Source of the DNA: Candidatus Saccharimonadota bacterium
GTDB lineage: Bacteria; Patescibacteriota; Saccharimonadia; CAILAD01; BJGX01
DNA: 64,000 nt
Reading direction: 5' to 3'
NCBI GenBank assembly: GCA_016191105.1
Contig: JACPPH010000002.1
Location: 67,268 to 131,267, forward strand
This document shows positions 26,939-35,831 of the stretch, one piece after another. The position numbers and the translations under genes are program-made. Each line of letters begins with the position of its first letter. The stretch's first letter is position 1. The notes beneath the pieces are model-generated. The model saw nothing but the letters and a program-made list of their open reading frames with translations. It did no database searches and was not told where the DNA came from.

Positions 26939-27357
26939 AAGTTTCGAATGATTTTAAAATGGTGATTGTGCTCGACGACGATTTGTCGTTGGGGCTTAAA
27001 ACCAACACAGCGGCAGTACTATCGCTCACCTTGGGCAGCAAGGTCGAGGGTTTAATTGGGCACGACCTGCACGACAAAGCTGGCAATAAACACACCAGCC
27101 TCACCAGGATTCCAGTGCCAATTCTAAGGTGTAGCCCAGAACAGCTAAAACAAACTTACGATCAGGCCTACGAACTAGATGGCGAGCTGCTGTTGGTTGA
27201 TATTACCGATGCTGCTCAAACCACCACAAATTACCAAGACTACCAGCAAAAACTAGAATTAACTGAGCCGAAAGATCTTAAATTGTTAGGAATTGCATTG
27301 GCAGGCTCCAAGAGTCTAGTAAACAAGCTGACCGGCAACATGGGCCTGGTTCGCTAG
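26935..27357 (+). CDS. DUF2000 family protein (PTH2-like fold)
   Basis: KMVIVLDDDL..GLKTNTAAVL, AQTTTNY, VNKLTG. Confidence 0.75.
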   Translation: MKVSNDFKMVIVLDDDLSLGLKTNTAAVLSLTLGSKVEGLIGHDLHDKAGNKHTSLTRIPVPILRCSPEQLKQTYDQAYELDGELLLVDITDAAQTTTNYQDYQQKLELTEPKDLKLLGIALAGSKSLVNKLTGNMGLVR

Positions 27358-27743
27358 TGACCGAATTTCAGCAAGCGGTTTTAAGTGTTACTAGAGTTAT
27401 CCCAAGCGGCAAGGTGGTTAGTTATGGGCAGGTGGCGGCCTATGTTGGCAGCCCAGGTGCGGCCCGGCAGGTTGGTTGGGTTTTGCGTAGCCTGGAGGGG
27501 GTCGATGATTTTCCGTGGTGGCGAGTGGTTAATAATACGGGTCGTATTACCATAAAGGGCAATCGCCTTAATACCCGCGAAATCCAGCGCGAACTGCTGC
27601 TAAGTGAAGGGGTTGAGGTGGGCGAAGATATGACGCTAGATATTGAGCACTACCGCTACTATGCTAAACCAGATCAACTCCGGGGCTTTGAGTTAAAGCC
27701 CGAACACATCGAGCAGCTCATGAGCCGCTACCAGCCAAACTAG
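27357..27743 (+). CDS. Alkyltransferase-like protein (Atl/YbaZ, MGMT family lacking catalytic Cys)
   Basis: IPSGKVVSYGQVA, ARQVG, PWWRV in place of PCHRV. Confidence 0.9.
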   Translation: MTEFQQAVLSVTRVIPSGKVVSYGQVAAYVGSPGAARQVGWVLRSLEGVDDFPWWRVVNNTGRITIKGNRLNTREIQRELLLSEGVEVGEDMTLDIEHYRYYAKPDQLRGFELKPEHIEQLMSRYQPN

Positions 27744-27783
27744 GATCTGGGCGGAGCCAATCTGATATAATGTTTAAGTTACC

Positions 27784-28794
27784 ATGTTGGTGGAAAAAGC
27801 TCTCCAAGATATCGCGAATTACAATGGCAAGTTAGGGGAGACTTTTTATTTACGTGATATCAGGCTACCCAAAGTTGAAGTTAGCTCTAAGCTCAAACAA
27901 GAAGCAGGTAGGCGTCGATTTTTAACAAACCCAACCACCAAGCAGCGATTTGAGGCTAGGTTTTTGAACTGGCCCGACAAAGATAGCAGAGACATCGTGC
28001 CGGTTATAAACATCCTGCCCTGGGCGGCTTATTTTGCCTACCCGGCTATTCAGTATACTATGCGAGTAAGCGGCGCGTTTTACCCCATGCCCGTAGTCTT
28101 GATTGCCTCGCTTGGCGCTAGCCGATCTTCCAAACTAAAACAACACCAGCATAGCAAGATAAAATCTGATCGCAGCTTCCATATTCTGGCAGATCTTATG
28201 CTCGAATCGCTAAAAGCCGAGGGGTTTAAGAAGATTCATTTGTCGGGCTACTCAATGGGTGGCGGGGTGGCTGCGGCGCTGGCGGCCAGAGCGCATGAGT
28301 ATGGCATTGAGGTTGGGCTGGTTATGCTACCCGAACCAACCGGTCTACAAAACTTAACTCGAGCCGATTTGTGGCATGTGCTAACGGGTGGTGACCGCGA
28401 CGACATGTATGGCTACATCGACAAGGCTGGCGAACTGCGGTTTACACAAAACAAGTTTCGACAAATTGGCATTAAACTTTATAACAATGGCTACCTTATA
28501 AGGCGGGCTAAGGCTCATCTCTCCACCTATCCGGCAGCCATAGCAAACCAGAACATCGACAAAGACTTGTTTAATGCATTAGATCACCAGCCACATATGA
28601 GGGCGGTCGTTCTGCTGGCGCGCGAAAGCTCAGTCTCGCCTTATTCGGTTAGTCTAGAGTTGCGTGATCAGATTAAATTGAAGGGTTATAGTAAACGTTG
28701 CAAGGTAGTCGAAATTGTCGATGCTCACCATGCCGTAAAAGAAAACAACGCCAAATTCTGCTGGCTGTTGCCATACTATATGGTGAACTTGTAA
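27784..28794 (+). CDS. Alpha/beta-hydrolase fold protein
   Basis: GYSMGG nucleophile elbow; C-terminal DAHH. Confidence 0.7.
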   Translation: MLVEKALQDIANYNGKLGETFYLRDIRLPKVEVSSKLKQEAGRRRFLTNPTTKQRFEARFLNWPDKDSRDIVPVINILPWAAYFAYPAIQYTMRVSGAFYPMPVVLIASLGASRSSKLKQHQHSKIKSDRSFHILADLMLESLKAEGFKKIHLSGYSMGGGVAAALAARAHEYGIEVGLVMLPEPTGLQNLTRADLWHVLTGGDRDDMYGYIDKAGELRFTQNKFRQIGIKLYNNGYLIRRAKAHLSTYPAAIANQNIDKDLFNALDHQPHMRAVVLLARESSVSPYSVSLELRDQIKLKGYSKRCKVVEIVDAHHAVKENNAKFCWLLPYYMVNL

Positions 28795-28833
28795 TTCTTT
28801 AGCGCTCCTAAATCTTAGAATGTTCTAAAACTT

Positions 28834-28878
28834 GGGAACGCGCTGCAGGGTTGAAACCCTGCAGCGTTGCACGTTCCT
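28834..28878 (-). terminator. Strong hairpin after solo gene
   Basis: CGCTGCAGGG-ttgaaa-CCCTGCAGCG with outer GGAACG/CGTTCC. Confidence 0.6.
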
Positions 28879-28880
28879 TG

Positions 28881-29696
28881 TCAGTCAACGCTGTAGCAGC
28901 CGTTGATCGGGTTGCGAGGGCGGTACTCGTGCAGCATCCACGATGGCAGCATGGCCTCCATGAGGTCGAGCACCAACGGTTCGATCGCCTCGATCGGCGT
29001 GGACCGGCCGTACTGGTCGCGCCTGACATATGGCTGGCTGTAGACCGAATAGCTGGTCTCGCCACCCACCCGTGGATAGTGCTCCACGTAGTAGGCGCAA
29101 CCGGCGTTGACGGCAGCGGTGCTGAACACCATCTTGGTGACCTCGAGCTCGTTGTTCTGGAGGATGTTCAGCCCCTGGTGCGCGATGTTGCCACCGGAGT
29201 TGCTGTTGTGCCACCAGAACGTCAGCTCATTGCGGGTGCCGTAGCGTCCGAAGGCCTCCATGCTCCAGATGTCTCGCCTCCAGAAGCACCTGATGTCGCG
29301 CCAGGGCTGCATCGGACACAGGGAGTTGAGCACGCAGTTGTAGCACTGCATGTCTGCCCCCAGGTAGCACGCCCTGAATGACTTGCCGCAGCTCGAGCAG
29401 TGCTGCTTGGGCATGTCGATCGGCAGGCTGTCCGGGTTGCCAGGGAAGTAGGCAGTGCCGGCACCTGTACGCTCGACCACGCCCAGCTGTCGCTCGAACT
29501 CCGCATGTTGCTCGGGCGTGTAGGCGCCCGAGAGCAGACGCGCGGTGTTGCGATCGGCTTGCTCGACTTGAACCCGGCCTGGCTTGCCCAACTTGATGTT
29601 GGTGGGCTTGCTCCAGCCGTCGCTTCCTTCGCCCCAAGCCTTCTCGGGGTCGGCCACGAAGTTCAGAAGGGTCTTGAGTAGGGTATCCAGTTGCAT
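28881..29696 (-). CDS. Hypothetical Cys-rich protein (GC-rich solo gene)
   Basis: SD AAGGAGGAG; CSSC..C..CYNC..C; promoter TTGACT-17-TAGTAT at 29811-29839. Confidence 0.65.
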   Translation of the reverse strand: MQLDTLLKTLLNFVADPEKAWGEGSDGWSKPTNIKLGKPGRVQVEQADRNTARLLSGAYTPEQHAEFERQLGVVERTGAGTAYFPGNPDSLPIDMPKQHCSSCGKSFRACYLGADMQCYNCVLNSLCPMQPWRDIRCFWRRDIWSMEAFGRYGTRNELTFWWHNSNSGGNIAHQGLNILQNNELEVTKMVFSTAAVNAGCAYYVEHYPRVGGETSYSVYSQPYVRRDQYGRSTPIEAIEPLVLDLMEAMLPSWMLHEYRPRNPINGCYSVD

Positions 29697-29921
29697 ATCT
29701 GGCTCCTCCTTGAGGGTGGTTGATTGCGTTGGACTTGCTAATCAGATAAGCTATCTGGCAAAAAACCCAACACAATCATGAGGAAATATTGACAAGGAAC
29801 GATAGGTGTCATACTAGCATAAAAGCTATTAAAAGTCAATAGCTATGGAGATCTTTCGTCTTTTCTGTTTACAGAAGCGTTCAAGATGACAAAGGTGGAG
29901 CGAAATGATAAAGTATAAGGC

Positions 29922-30644
29922 ATGCAAGCAAAACGACTAGTATTCGATATCGAGATGACAGGTGAGGACTTTGATAGTTTTGATGAGATTACTCAAAAAG
30001 ACCTAGCCAAAAAACTACCAGATAAAAAACTTGAACCAGCTAAATACAAGCAAGCTTTAGAAGATCTTAAGACCAATCTAGTTTTTAGCCCCCTAACAGG
30101 TAAGATAGTAGCAATTGGGGTGTACGACATCGATGCCGAAAAAGGTGCTATTTACTACGATACCGATGGCAATAAGGCCGAAGAGTCTGAAGACGAGACT
30201 TTTAAATACGTGCCTATGAGCGAGGCTGAGATGCTGGTTAAATTCTGGGCATTGGCCGAAGTTACCGACGAGTTTATAAGCTTTTTTGGCCGCCGCGCCG
30301 ATGTGCCCTATATGATGATCCGCTCAGCCATAAACGGCATTCGGCCTACGCGCGATCTGGTAAGCAATCGCTATAATTCAACCGGCATTCGTAGCGCTAA
30401 ACATGTTGACTTGTTTGATAGCCTAACCTTTTACGGCGGGGCGATGTACAAGGGTAGCCTGCACCGTTGGTGCCGAGCCTTTGGTATTGACAGCCCTAAG
30501 GGCAATGGCATGAGTGGCGCCGATGTAGAACCAGCCTATCGAGCCGGCAAATACCTAGATATCGCCAAATACAACAGCCAAGATTTAATAGCTACCGCCA
30601 AGCTTTATCACCATTGGGATCAATATTTACGTGAAAGGAACTAA
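29922..30644 (+). CDS. PolB-type 3'-5' exonuclease / RNase H-like domain protein
   Basis: LVFDIE, ISFFGRRADVPY, HVDL, YNSQD. Confidence 0.85.
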   Translation: MQAKRLVFDIEMTGEDFDSFDEITQKDLAKKLPDKKLEPAKYKQALEDLKTNLVFSPLTGKIVAIGVYDIDAEKGAIYYDTDGNKAEESEDETFKYVPMSEAEMLVKFWALAEVTDEFISFFGRRADVPYMMIRSAINGIRPTRDLVSNRYNSTGIRSAKHVDLFDSLTFYGGAMYKGSLHRWCRAFGIDSPKGNGMSGADVEPAYRAGKYLDIAKYNSQDLIATAKLYHHWDQYLRERN

Positions 30645-31115
30645 ATGAGCATAGAAGCCGGCAAAAAGGCGCCAGATTTTAACTTGCCTGACCAAGACGG
30701 TAAAAACCACAAGCTGAGCGATCTAAAAGGCAACATAACCTTAATTTACTTCTACCCCAAAGATGAAACACCCGGCTGTACCATCCAAGCTTGCAGCTTG
30801 CGAGATAATTTTGAACTCCTGCAAAAAGACGGTGTAAATGTGGTTGGTGTAAGTAAAGACGACGTAGCCAGCCACGCCAAGTTTTCGAAGCATCACAAGC
30901 TGCCGTTTCCAATATTGGCTGATCCAGATAAAAAAATGATTGAGGCTTACGAGGCCTGGGGCGAGCGCAATTTGTATGGCCGCAAATTTATGGGCACAGT
31001 GCGTTCGGCTGTGCTAGTGGGGCCAAAACTAACTGTATTAAGGCATTGGCCCAAGATTTCGCCGCTTAAGACTGTACCCGAAGTTCGAAAGTGGCTTAAA
31101 CAGCAAACCACATAG
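30645..31115 (+). CDS. bcp: Peroxiredoxin Q
   Basis: YFYPKDETPGCTIQAC. Confidence 0.93.
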   Translation: MSIEAGKKAPDFNLPDQDGKNHKLSDLKGNITLIYFYPKDETPGCTIQACSLRDNFELLQKDGVNVVGVSKDDVASHAKFSKHHKLPFPILADPDKKMIEAYEAWGERNLYGRKFMGTVRSAVLVGPKLTVLRHWPKISPLKTVPEVRKWLKQQTT

Positions 31116-31248
31116 CTCACGAATTTCTTTGTTAAAACCTGCAGCCCTCGCCCAACCTAGACTGACTGTGCCTTGTTTCCGGGCTTTGGTTTTGCCTTGA
31201 GCTTCATCGATCTATGATGTTCTCGATAACTAGGTTACAATTAAAAGC

Positions 31249-31764
31249 ATGTTGCAAGCATTTAGCGCCTTACTTGTAGCTGTTGTGGCCGCAGTGCTGA
31301 TGGCGGTAATAGCCTGTTTTGGCTTGATTTTTGTTTTCTGGCGCGGCGCGCCTTATTTGCCAACTTTTCAAACCGAGATCGATAGGCTGTTTAAAAGCAT
31401 CAAACTGCCCAAAAGGGCTTTAGTGGTTGATTTGGGCAGTGGCGACGGGCGATTGTTAAAAACCGCCGCCGAGAATGGCTTCGCGGCAGTTGGCTATGAG
31501 ATCAATCCAGTGTTGTGGTTGCTCTCAAGTTGGCGGCTGCGTAAGCTCAAAAATGTAAAGGTTAGGTTCCGGAGCCTGTGGAAAGCCGATTTGGCAGAGG
31601 CCGATATGGTATTCATATTTGGTATTACCCGCATTATGTCTAAGCTCGAGGTCAAGTTAGATTGCGAGTTAAAGTCTGGTGCGACTTTAGTTTGTAATAC
31701 CTTTGAGCTAAAAAAAGCCAAGCAAACGAGGCATTTGGGTACTCTGCATTTGTATAAATTTTGA
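31249..31764 (+). CDS. Membrane-anchored class I SAM methyltransferase
   Basis: GAPYLPT, VDLGSGDGR, GYEINP. Confidence 0.85.
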   Translation: MLQAFSALLVAVVAAVLMAVIACFGLIFVFWRGAPYLPTFQTEIDRLFKSIKLPKRALVVDLGSGDGRLLKTAAENGFAAVGYEINPVLWLLSSWRLRKLKNVKVRFRSLWKADLAEADMVFIFGITRIMSKLEVKLDCELKSGATLVCNTFELKKAKQTRHLGTLHLYKF

Positions 31765-31820
31765 CTGCAAGGTAGCTAATTGATTACAATAATAGTTAAG
31801 CAAAAAGGAGATCGGCACTA

Positions 31821-32414
31821 ATGAGCTTAGAAGCAACCCCCCTAAAATATAAGTCTTTACCTGGCTTAAGCGAAAAACAACTAAGCGAGCACCACGATGT
31901 GCTGTACGCCGGCTATGTTAAAAAATACAATGAGATTGTCGAAAAGCTTCAAACAGTTGATTTGGATAGTACCAATGGCACATATTCTAATATTCGAGAA
32001 CTACAGCTCGAAAAGAGCTTTGCCTTAAACGGCATAAAACTGCACGAGTATTACTTCGACAACATGACAGATAAGCCGAACCAGTGTAGTGGCAAAGTTA
32101 AAGAGTTAATCGAAAAACAATGGGGTAGCGTCGATAAGTGGGCGGCTGAATTTTCGGCCATGGGTATTGCCTCGCGCGGTTGGGTGGTGCTTGGTTGGAA
32201 CTACGATACTGAAAAACTCGAAAACTACCTTTGCGACATGCACAACCAGGGTGGGGTTTGGAACACTCAAACCTTACTAGTTATGGATGTCTATGAGCAC
32301 GCCTATTTTCTGGACTACGCAACAGCTCGCAAGGATTATGTAGCGGCCTTTATGAAGTTAATTGATTGGGACGAGGTGAACACCCGAGCCACAATCAATC
32401 ATATCGGTCAATAA
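31821..32414 (+). CDS. Fe/Mn superoxide dismutase family protein
   Basis: EHH, LHEYYF, DVYEHAYFLDY. Confidence 0.92.
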   Translation: MSLEATPLKYKSLPGLSEKQLSEHHDVLYAGYVKKYNEIVEKLQTVDLDSTNGTYSNIRELQLEKSFALNGIKLHEYYFDNMTDKPNQCSGKVKELIEKQWGSVDKWAAEFSAMGIASRGWVVLGWNYDTEKLENYLCDMHNQGGVWNTQTLLVMDVYEHAYFLDYATARKDYVAAFMKLIDWDEVNTRATINHIGQ

Positions 32415-32429
32415 TAGAAAGGAATAAAT

Positions 32430-32960
32430 ATGTTAAAACTTAATCAACCAGCACCAGACTTTACACAGCCGGCCTACGAAAAAGGCCTAAAGGAAGATTA
32501 TAAAGAGATAAGCCTCAAGGACTATCGGGGTAAGTGGGTGGTGCTGTTCTTTTACCCACGCGACTTTACTTTTGTGTGCCCTACCGAGATTCAAGGCTTT
32601 GCCAAGCACGAAGCCGAGTTCAAAAAAGCCAACACTGTGGTTTTAGCGGCCAGCACTGATAGTGTATACAGCCATAAGGCGTGGTTTGAGCGTGATTTAG
32701 CTGACGTTGGGTTTTCGGTTTTGGCCGATGCCTCACATACACTGGCTCGTGACTACGAAGTTTTGAATGAACTTAACGGTGAGGCTGAGCGTGGCACCTT
32801 TGTGATCGACCCAGATGGCAATCTGCGTTATGTGGTGCTCTCTGATAGCAACGTTGGTCGTAGCGTCGAAGAGACTCTGCGTGTAGTCAAGGCTCTACAG
32901 ACCGGGGGTTTATGCCCCATGGACTGGAGGCCAGGCGACCCAAATCTTAAAAAAGATTAA
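32430..32960 (+). CDS. ahpC: 2-Cys peroxiredoxin
   Basis: FFYPRDFTFVCPTE, LCPMDW. Confidence 0.93.
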   Translation: MLKLNQPAPDFTQPAYEKGLKEDYKEISLKDYRGKWVVLFFYPRDFTFVCPTEIQGFAKHEAEFKKANTVVLAASTDSVYSHKAWFERDLADVGFSVLADASHTLARDYEVLNELNGEAERGTFVIDPDGNLRYVVLSDSNVGRSVEETLRVVKALQTGGLCPMDWRPGDPNLKKD

Positions 32961-32964
32961 CCGA

Positions 32965-33717
32965 GTGGAATCAGGAGGGAACTTGCAAAACGAATCACCG
33001 GCCCCACTGCCAAATAGTGAAGCTCCAGAGTCAGAAAAGCACACAGATTTGTCAGTAAATTCGCCAAAAAGCAGTCAGGCCAAATACAAACGCATGCGTC
33101 TTGTCGCAATGGTACTAGGGGGGGTGTGCTTTGTTTTGCTTATTTTGGTGGCGGTGTTTGCTACCCGCGCCAGCGTAAACGATGCCACCATCCAGGCTGC
33201 AGTCAAAAAAGGGGAGGCTCAAGGTCGCGATGCTCAAAAGGCCGAAGACGACAAGAATTATGCCTTGCAACAAAACAAAGACACGCGGGTGTATAAGGCT
33301 CCAGATGCCTATGGTGCTTATGAGTTAAGTCTGCCAAAATACTTTAGCCTTTCACTGACTCCAGGCACAAACGGCGCTCTCAGTTCACTGGCCGATCCAG
33401 ATGTGGTAGATGTCAAGGCTGCTCAGCATGCCCTGCGCATGGATATTCAAACCACAACATATGATCAAGTCAAAAAGAATTACGATAGCCTGGTCAAAGA
33501 TAAGCGCAATGGCATTACAGCAGAGGAGGTAACCGTTTCTGGCATTAAAGGTATTAAATACACGGGTATAATCGATAAAAGCAACAATAACAGCGTTGCT
33601 GGTACTGTCGTTTTACTGCCGGTACGTGACAAAACATATATCTTGCGAACCGATAACAACGAAAAATACCAGGCCGTGTATCAGCAGATACTAGATCAGA
33701 TCAAAATTAACCCATAA
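32965..33717 (+). CDS. Single-TM exported hypothetical protein
   Basis: Disordered N-terminus, one TM, coiled stalk, globular C-terminal domain. Confidence 0.7.
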   Translation: MESGGNLQNESPAPLPNSEAPESEKHTDLSVNSPKSSQAKYKRMRLVAMVLGGVCFVLLILVAVFATRASVNDATIQAAVKKGEAQGRDAQKAEDDKNYALQQNKDTRVYKAPDAYGAYELSLPKYFSLSLTPGTNGALSSLADPDVVDVKAAQHALRMDIQTTTYDQVKKNYDSLVKDKRNGITAEEVTVSGIKGIKYTGIIDKSNNNSVAGTVVLLPVRDKTYILRTDNNEKYQAVYQQILDQIKINP

Positions 33718-33726
33718 CTCTTTAAC

Positions 33727-33901
33727 TGGCATTCGAAAATCAGAAAGCCAGCAAGGCTAAGTACTTCTATCCGAGCATCCGCCAGCCGGCGAACCGTCTC
33801 TGCCGCAGGATAGAAAACGAGGCCCAAGCTGGCGCTTCTAGATTTGAGCACATGTCGGAAGCTTTGATAATTCTTGGCTGCAAAGAAGTGCTGGCCGCAG
33901 G
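33727..33901. repeat. Long imperfect palindrome plus ~60-bp dispersed repeat
   Basis: Arms CTGGCAT/ATGTCGG, GCCAGC/GCTGGC, TTCTATCC/GGATAGAA; 33843-33901 resembles 59819-59877 (minus). Confidence 0.65.
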
Positions 33902-33989
33902 CCATAGTTTAAAGGGTTTCACCAGAGCAACTCAATAACAAAGATGCTTATGGTTGTATGCCACAGGCAGTCTCTAGTAGTCTAGAGGG

Positions 33990-34625
33990 GTGGGTGAGTT
34001 TAACAGCAGTTTTAATTTAACATTTGCCAGCGCCGATATTATTTTGCTCAAGGCGATAGTGAATAATCTAGCTCAAACCAATTTGGCAATTGGCGGCTAT
34101 GTTCAGCTAATCGAGGAGGACTCGGGCAAACAATCTCGAGAGCTGAATAGGCAGCTAGCGAGAGCCACGAAGCTTCAGCTTAAGTGTTTGCAGCAAGCCA
34201 AGTTGCTTATAAGGATAATCGAAAACTTAAAGCACGAAGATTGTGCTGGCATTGACTTGGCTGCCATTATATCCGAAAAGTGCTCATTTACCCGAAGTTA
34301 CCGATTGCCCGAAGTTGTTGCCTGTCCCGAGCTTATGCAATTATCCTTTGAACTAATCGCTGGCCTTTCGCTTGGCAAACCAAAGCTCAACTTTCGCCGC
34401 CGGCCGGGCTATATTGTAATAAGATTTGCTGGCCCGCGTGGCTGGTTGAACAAACTAAAAACAAGTAGTGTGGTCCGCTACTCCGATGATCTTAACCAAC
34501 TAACATTGTTTTTTTTGCAAAAAGTAGCATCGAAGTGTGGCGGCCGCTTGCACATTGCTGGCAACCCAGCCAAGCTGTATTTGCGCTTACGCCTTAGCAC
34601 TCAGCTTACAATTGATATACAATAG
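33990..34625 (+). CDS. Hypothetical protein, possibly degenerate histidine-kinase-like
   Basis: Helical AIGGYVQLI segment and KCGGRLHI..LYLRL tail like a HATPase end, but no H/N/G boxes; precedes a receiver gene. Confidence 0.45.
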   Translation: MGEFNSSFNLTFASADIILLKAIVNNLAQTNLAIGGYVQLIEEDSGKQSRELNRQLARATKLQLKCLQQAKLLIRIIENLKHEDCAGIDLAAIISEKCSFTRSYRLPEVVACPELMQLSFELIAGLSLGKPKLNFRRRPGYIVIRFAGPRGWLNKLKTSSVVRYSDDLNQLTLFFLQKVASKCGGRLHIAGNPAKLYLRLRLSTQLTIDIQ

Positions 34626-34629
34626 CAAT

Positions 34630-35031
34630 ATGAGTGCTAAAACCCAAAAAACCATATTTTTGATCGAAGACGACAACCTATTGGCCACCATGTACAAGAC
34701 AAAGTTTGAGATGATGGGCTACGGGGTGCAAACCTGTGAAAATGCCGAAATGTGCCTGCTAGATCTCAAAAAAGGTGCTAAGCCAGATATCTTCTTGGTA
34801 GATATTTTGTTGCCCGGTATGAATGGGTTGCAACTAATCAAAGAAATTCGCAAGCAACCACAGTACAACGAAGTGCCGATCGTGATTTTAACTAATCTCC
34901 ATCCGGCCGAGGTCGATCTTAAACATGAGTTGTCGCAGAGTCTGGGTATTGTTGGCTTTTATGTTAAATCGCAAATTTCGCCTCGTGAGTTGGTCGGCCA
35001 GGTTACGGCAATTCTTGAAGAACCGAAGTGA
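34630..35031 (+). CDS. Single-domain response regulator
   Basis: LIEDD, PDIFLVDILLPGMNG, ILTN, YVKS. Confidence 0.9.
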   Translation: MSAKTQKTIFLIEDDNLLATMYKTKFEMMGYGVQTCENAEMCLLDLKKGAKPDIFLVDILLPGMNGLQLIKEIRKQPQYNEVPIVILTNLHPAEVDLKHELSQSLGIVGFYVKSQISPRELVGQVTAILEEPK

Positions 35032-35735
35032 GGGATTTCTTAGCAACCGGTTTTGTGCTGCGTCGCTACAACCAAGCCGAAACTAACCGCATACTAATCT
35101 TTTTTAGCCAACAGCAGGGCAAGCTTAAACTTATGGCCAAGGGGGTGCGCAAAGTTGGCAGCCGACGAGCTGGGCATTTGGAGCCATTTGTACTAACACG
35201 CCTCCATCTGCACCGAGGTCGAACTTTCGATATTGTAACCACCGCCGAAGCTCAAAAGGTTTACGATTTAGACTTTAGCAACCTCGAGCAAATCAGCTTG
35301 GGCTATCTGTTTTTAGAGATGGTCGACAAAACTGCCGTTGAACACCAAAAGAACCAAGCTATTTTTGAGTTGTTACAGGAAAGTTTTGGCTGGTTGTCGA
35401 GCCGAGACGATAGCAAGCTGCTACGAATCTACTTTTGTGTTAAACTTTTGCAGGCCCTGGGCAACCAGCCCAATCTAGATGTTCAACAGGGCCAAAAACA
35501 CTATCTGTCGTACGACGATGGCCGGGTGTTGGCCACCAAGCCCGCTGGTCCGGCTGGCGAGATATCAATCGAGGTCATTAAGCTGTGGCGACTGGTGTAT
35601 AGCCATAACTTTTCGGTGGTTAAACGAGTGAGCGTGGACTCGAAGCAACTGGACTTGGCCCAGAATCTGCTCGACAAGTACTTTCAGTATCACTTTGGGC
35701 TCAGTTTTCGCTCTAGCTCGATCTTAAAACAATAA
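35028..35735 (+). CDS. recO: DNA repair protein RecO
   Basis: GFVLRR..EtNRI, GKLKLMAKGVRK..SR.AGHLEPF; upstream of glyQS. Confidence 0.92.
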   Translation: MRDFLATGFVLRRYNQAETNRILIFFSQQQGKLKLMAKGVRKVGSRRAGHLEPFVLTRLHLHRGRTFDIVTTAEAQKVYDLDFSNLEQISLGYLFLEMVDKTAVEHQKNQAIFELLQESFGWLSSRDDSKLLRIYFCVKLLQALGNQPNLDVQQGQKHYLSYDDGRVLATKPAGPAGEISIEVIKLWRLVYSHNFSVVKRVSVDSKQLDLAQNLLDKYFQYHFGLSFRSSSILKQ

Positions 35736-35741
35736 GCTTGC

Positions 35742-35799
35742 TTATTGTCCTGAGCGAAGCGAAGGATCTGGGAGATTCCTCACAAAGTTCAGAATGACA
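35742..35799. repeat. REP-like element (GTCAT...GAATGAC class)
   Basis: CCTGAGCGAAGCGAAGGATCT..AGATTCCT..TTCAGAATGACA. Confidence 0.7.
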
Positions 35800-35831
35800 A
35801 CTACAGGTTTAGTACGGTATAATATAGCATT

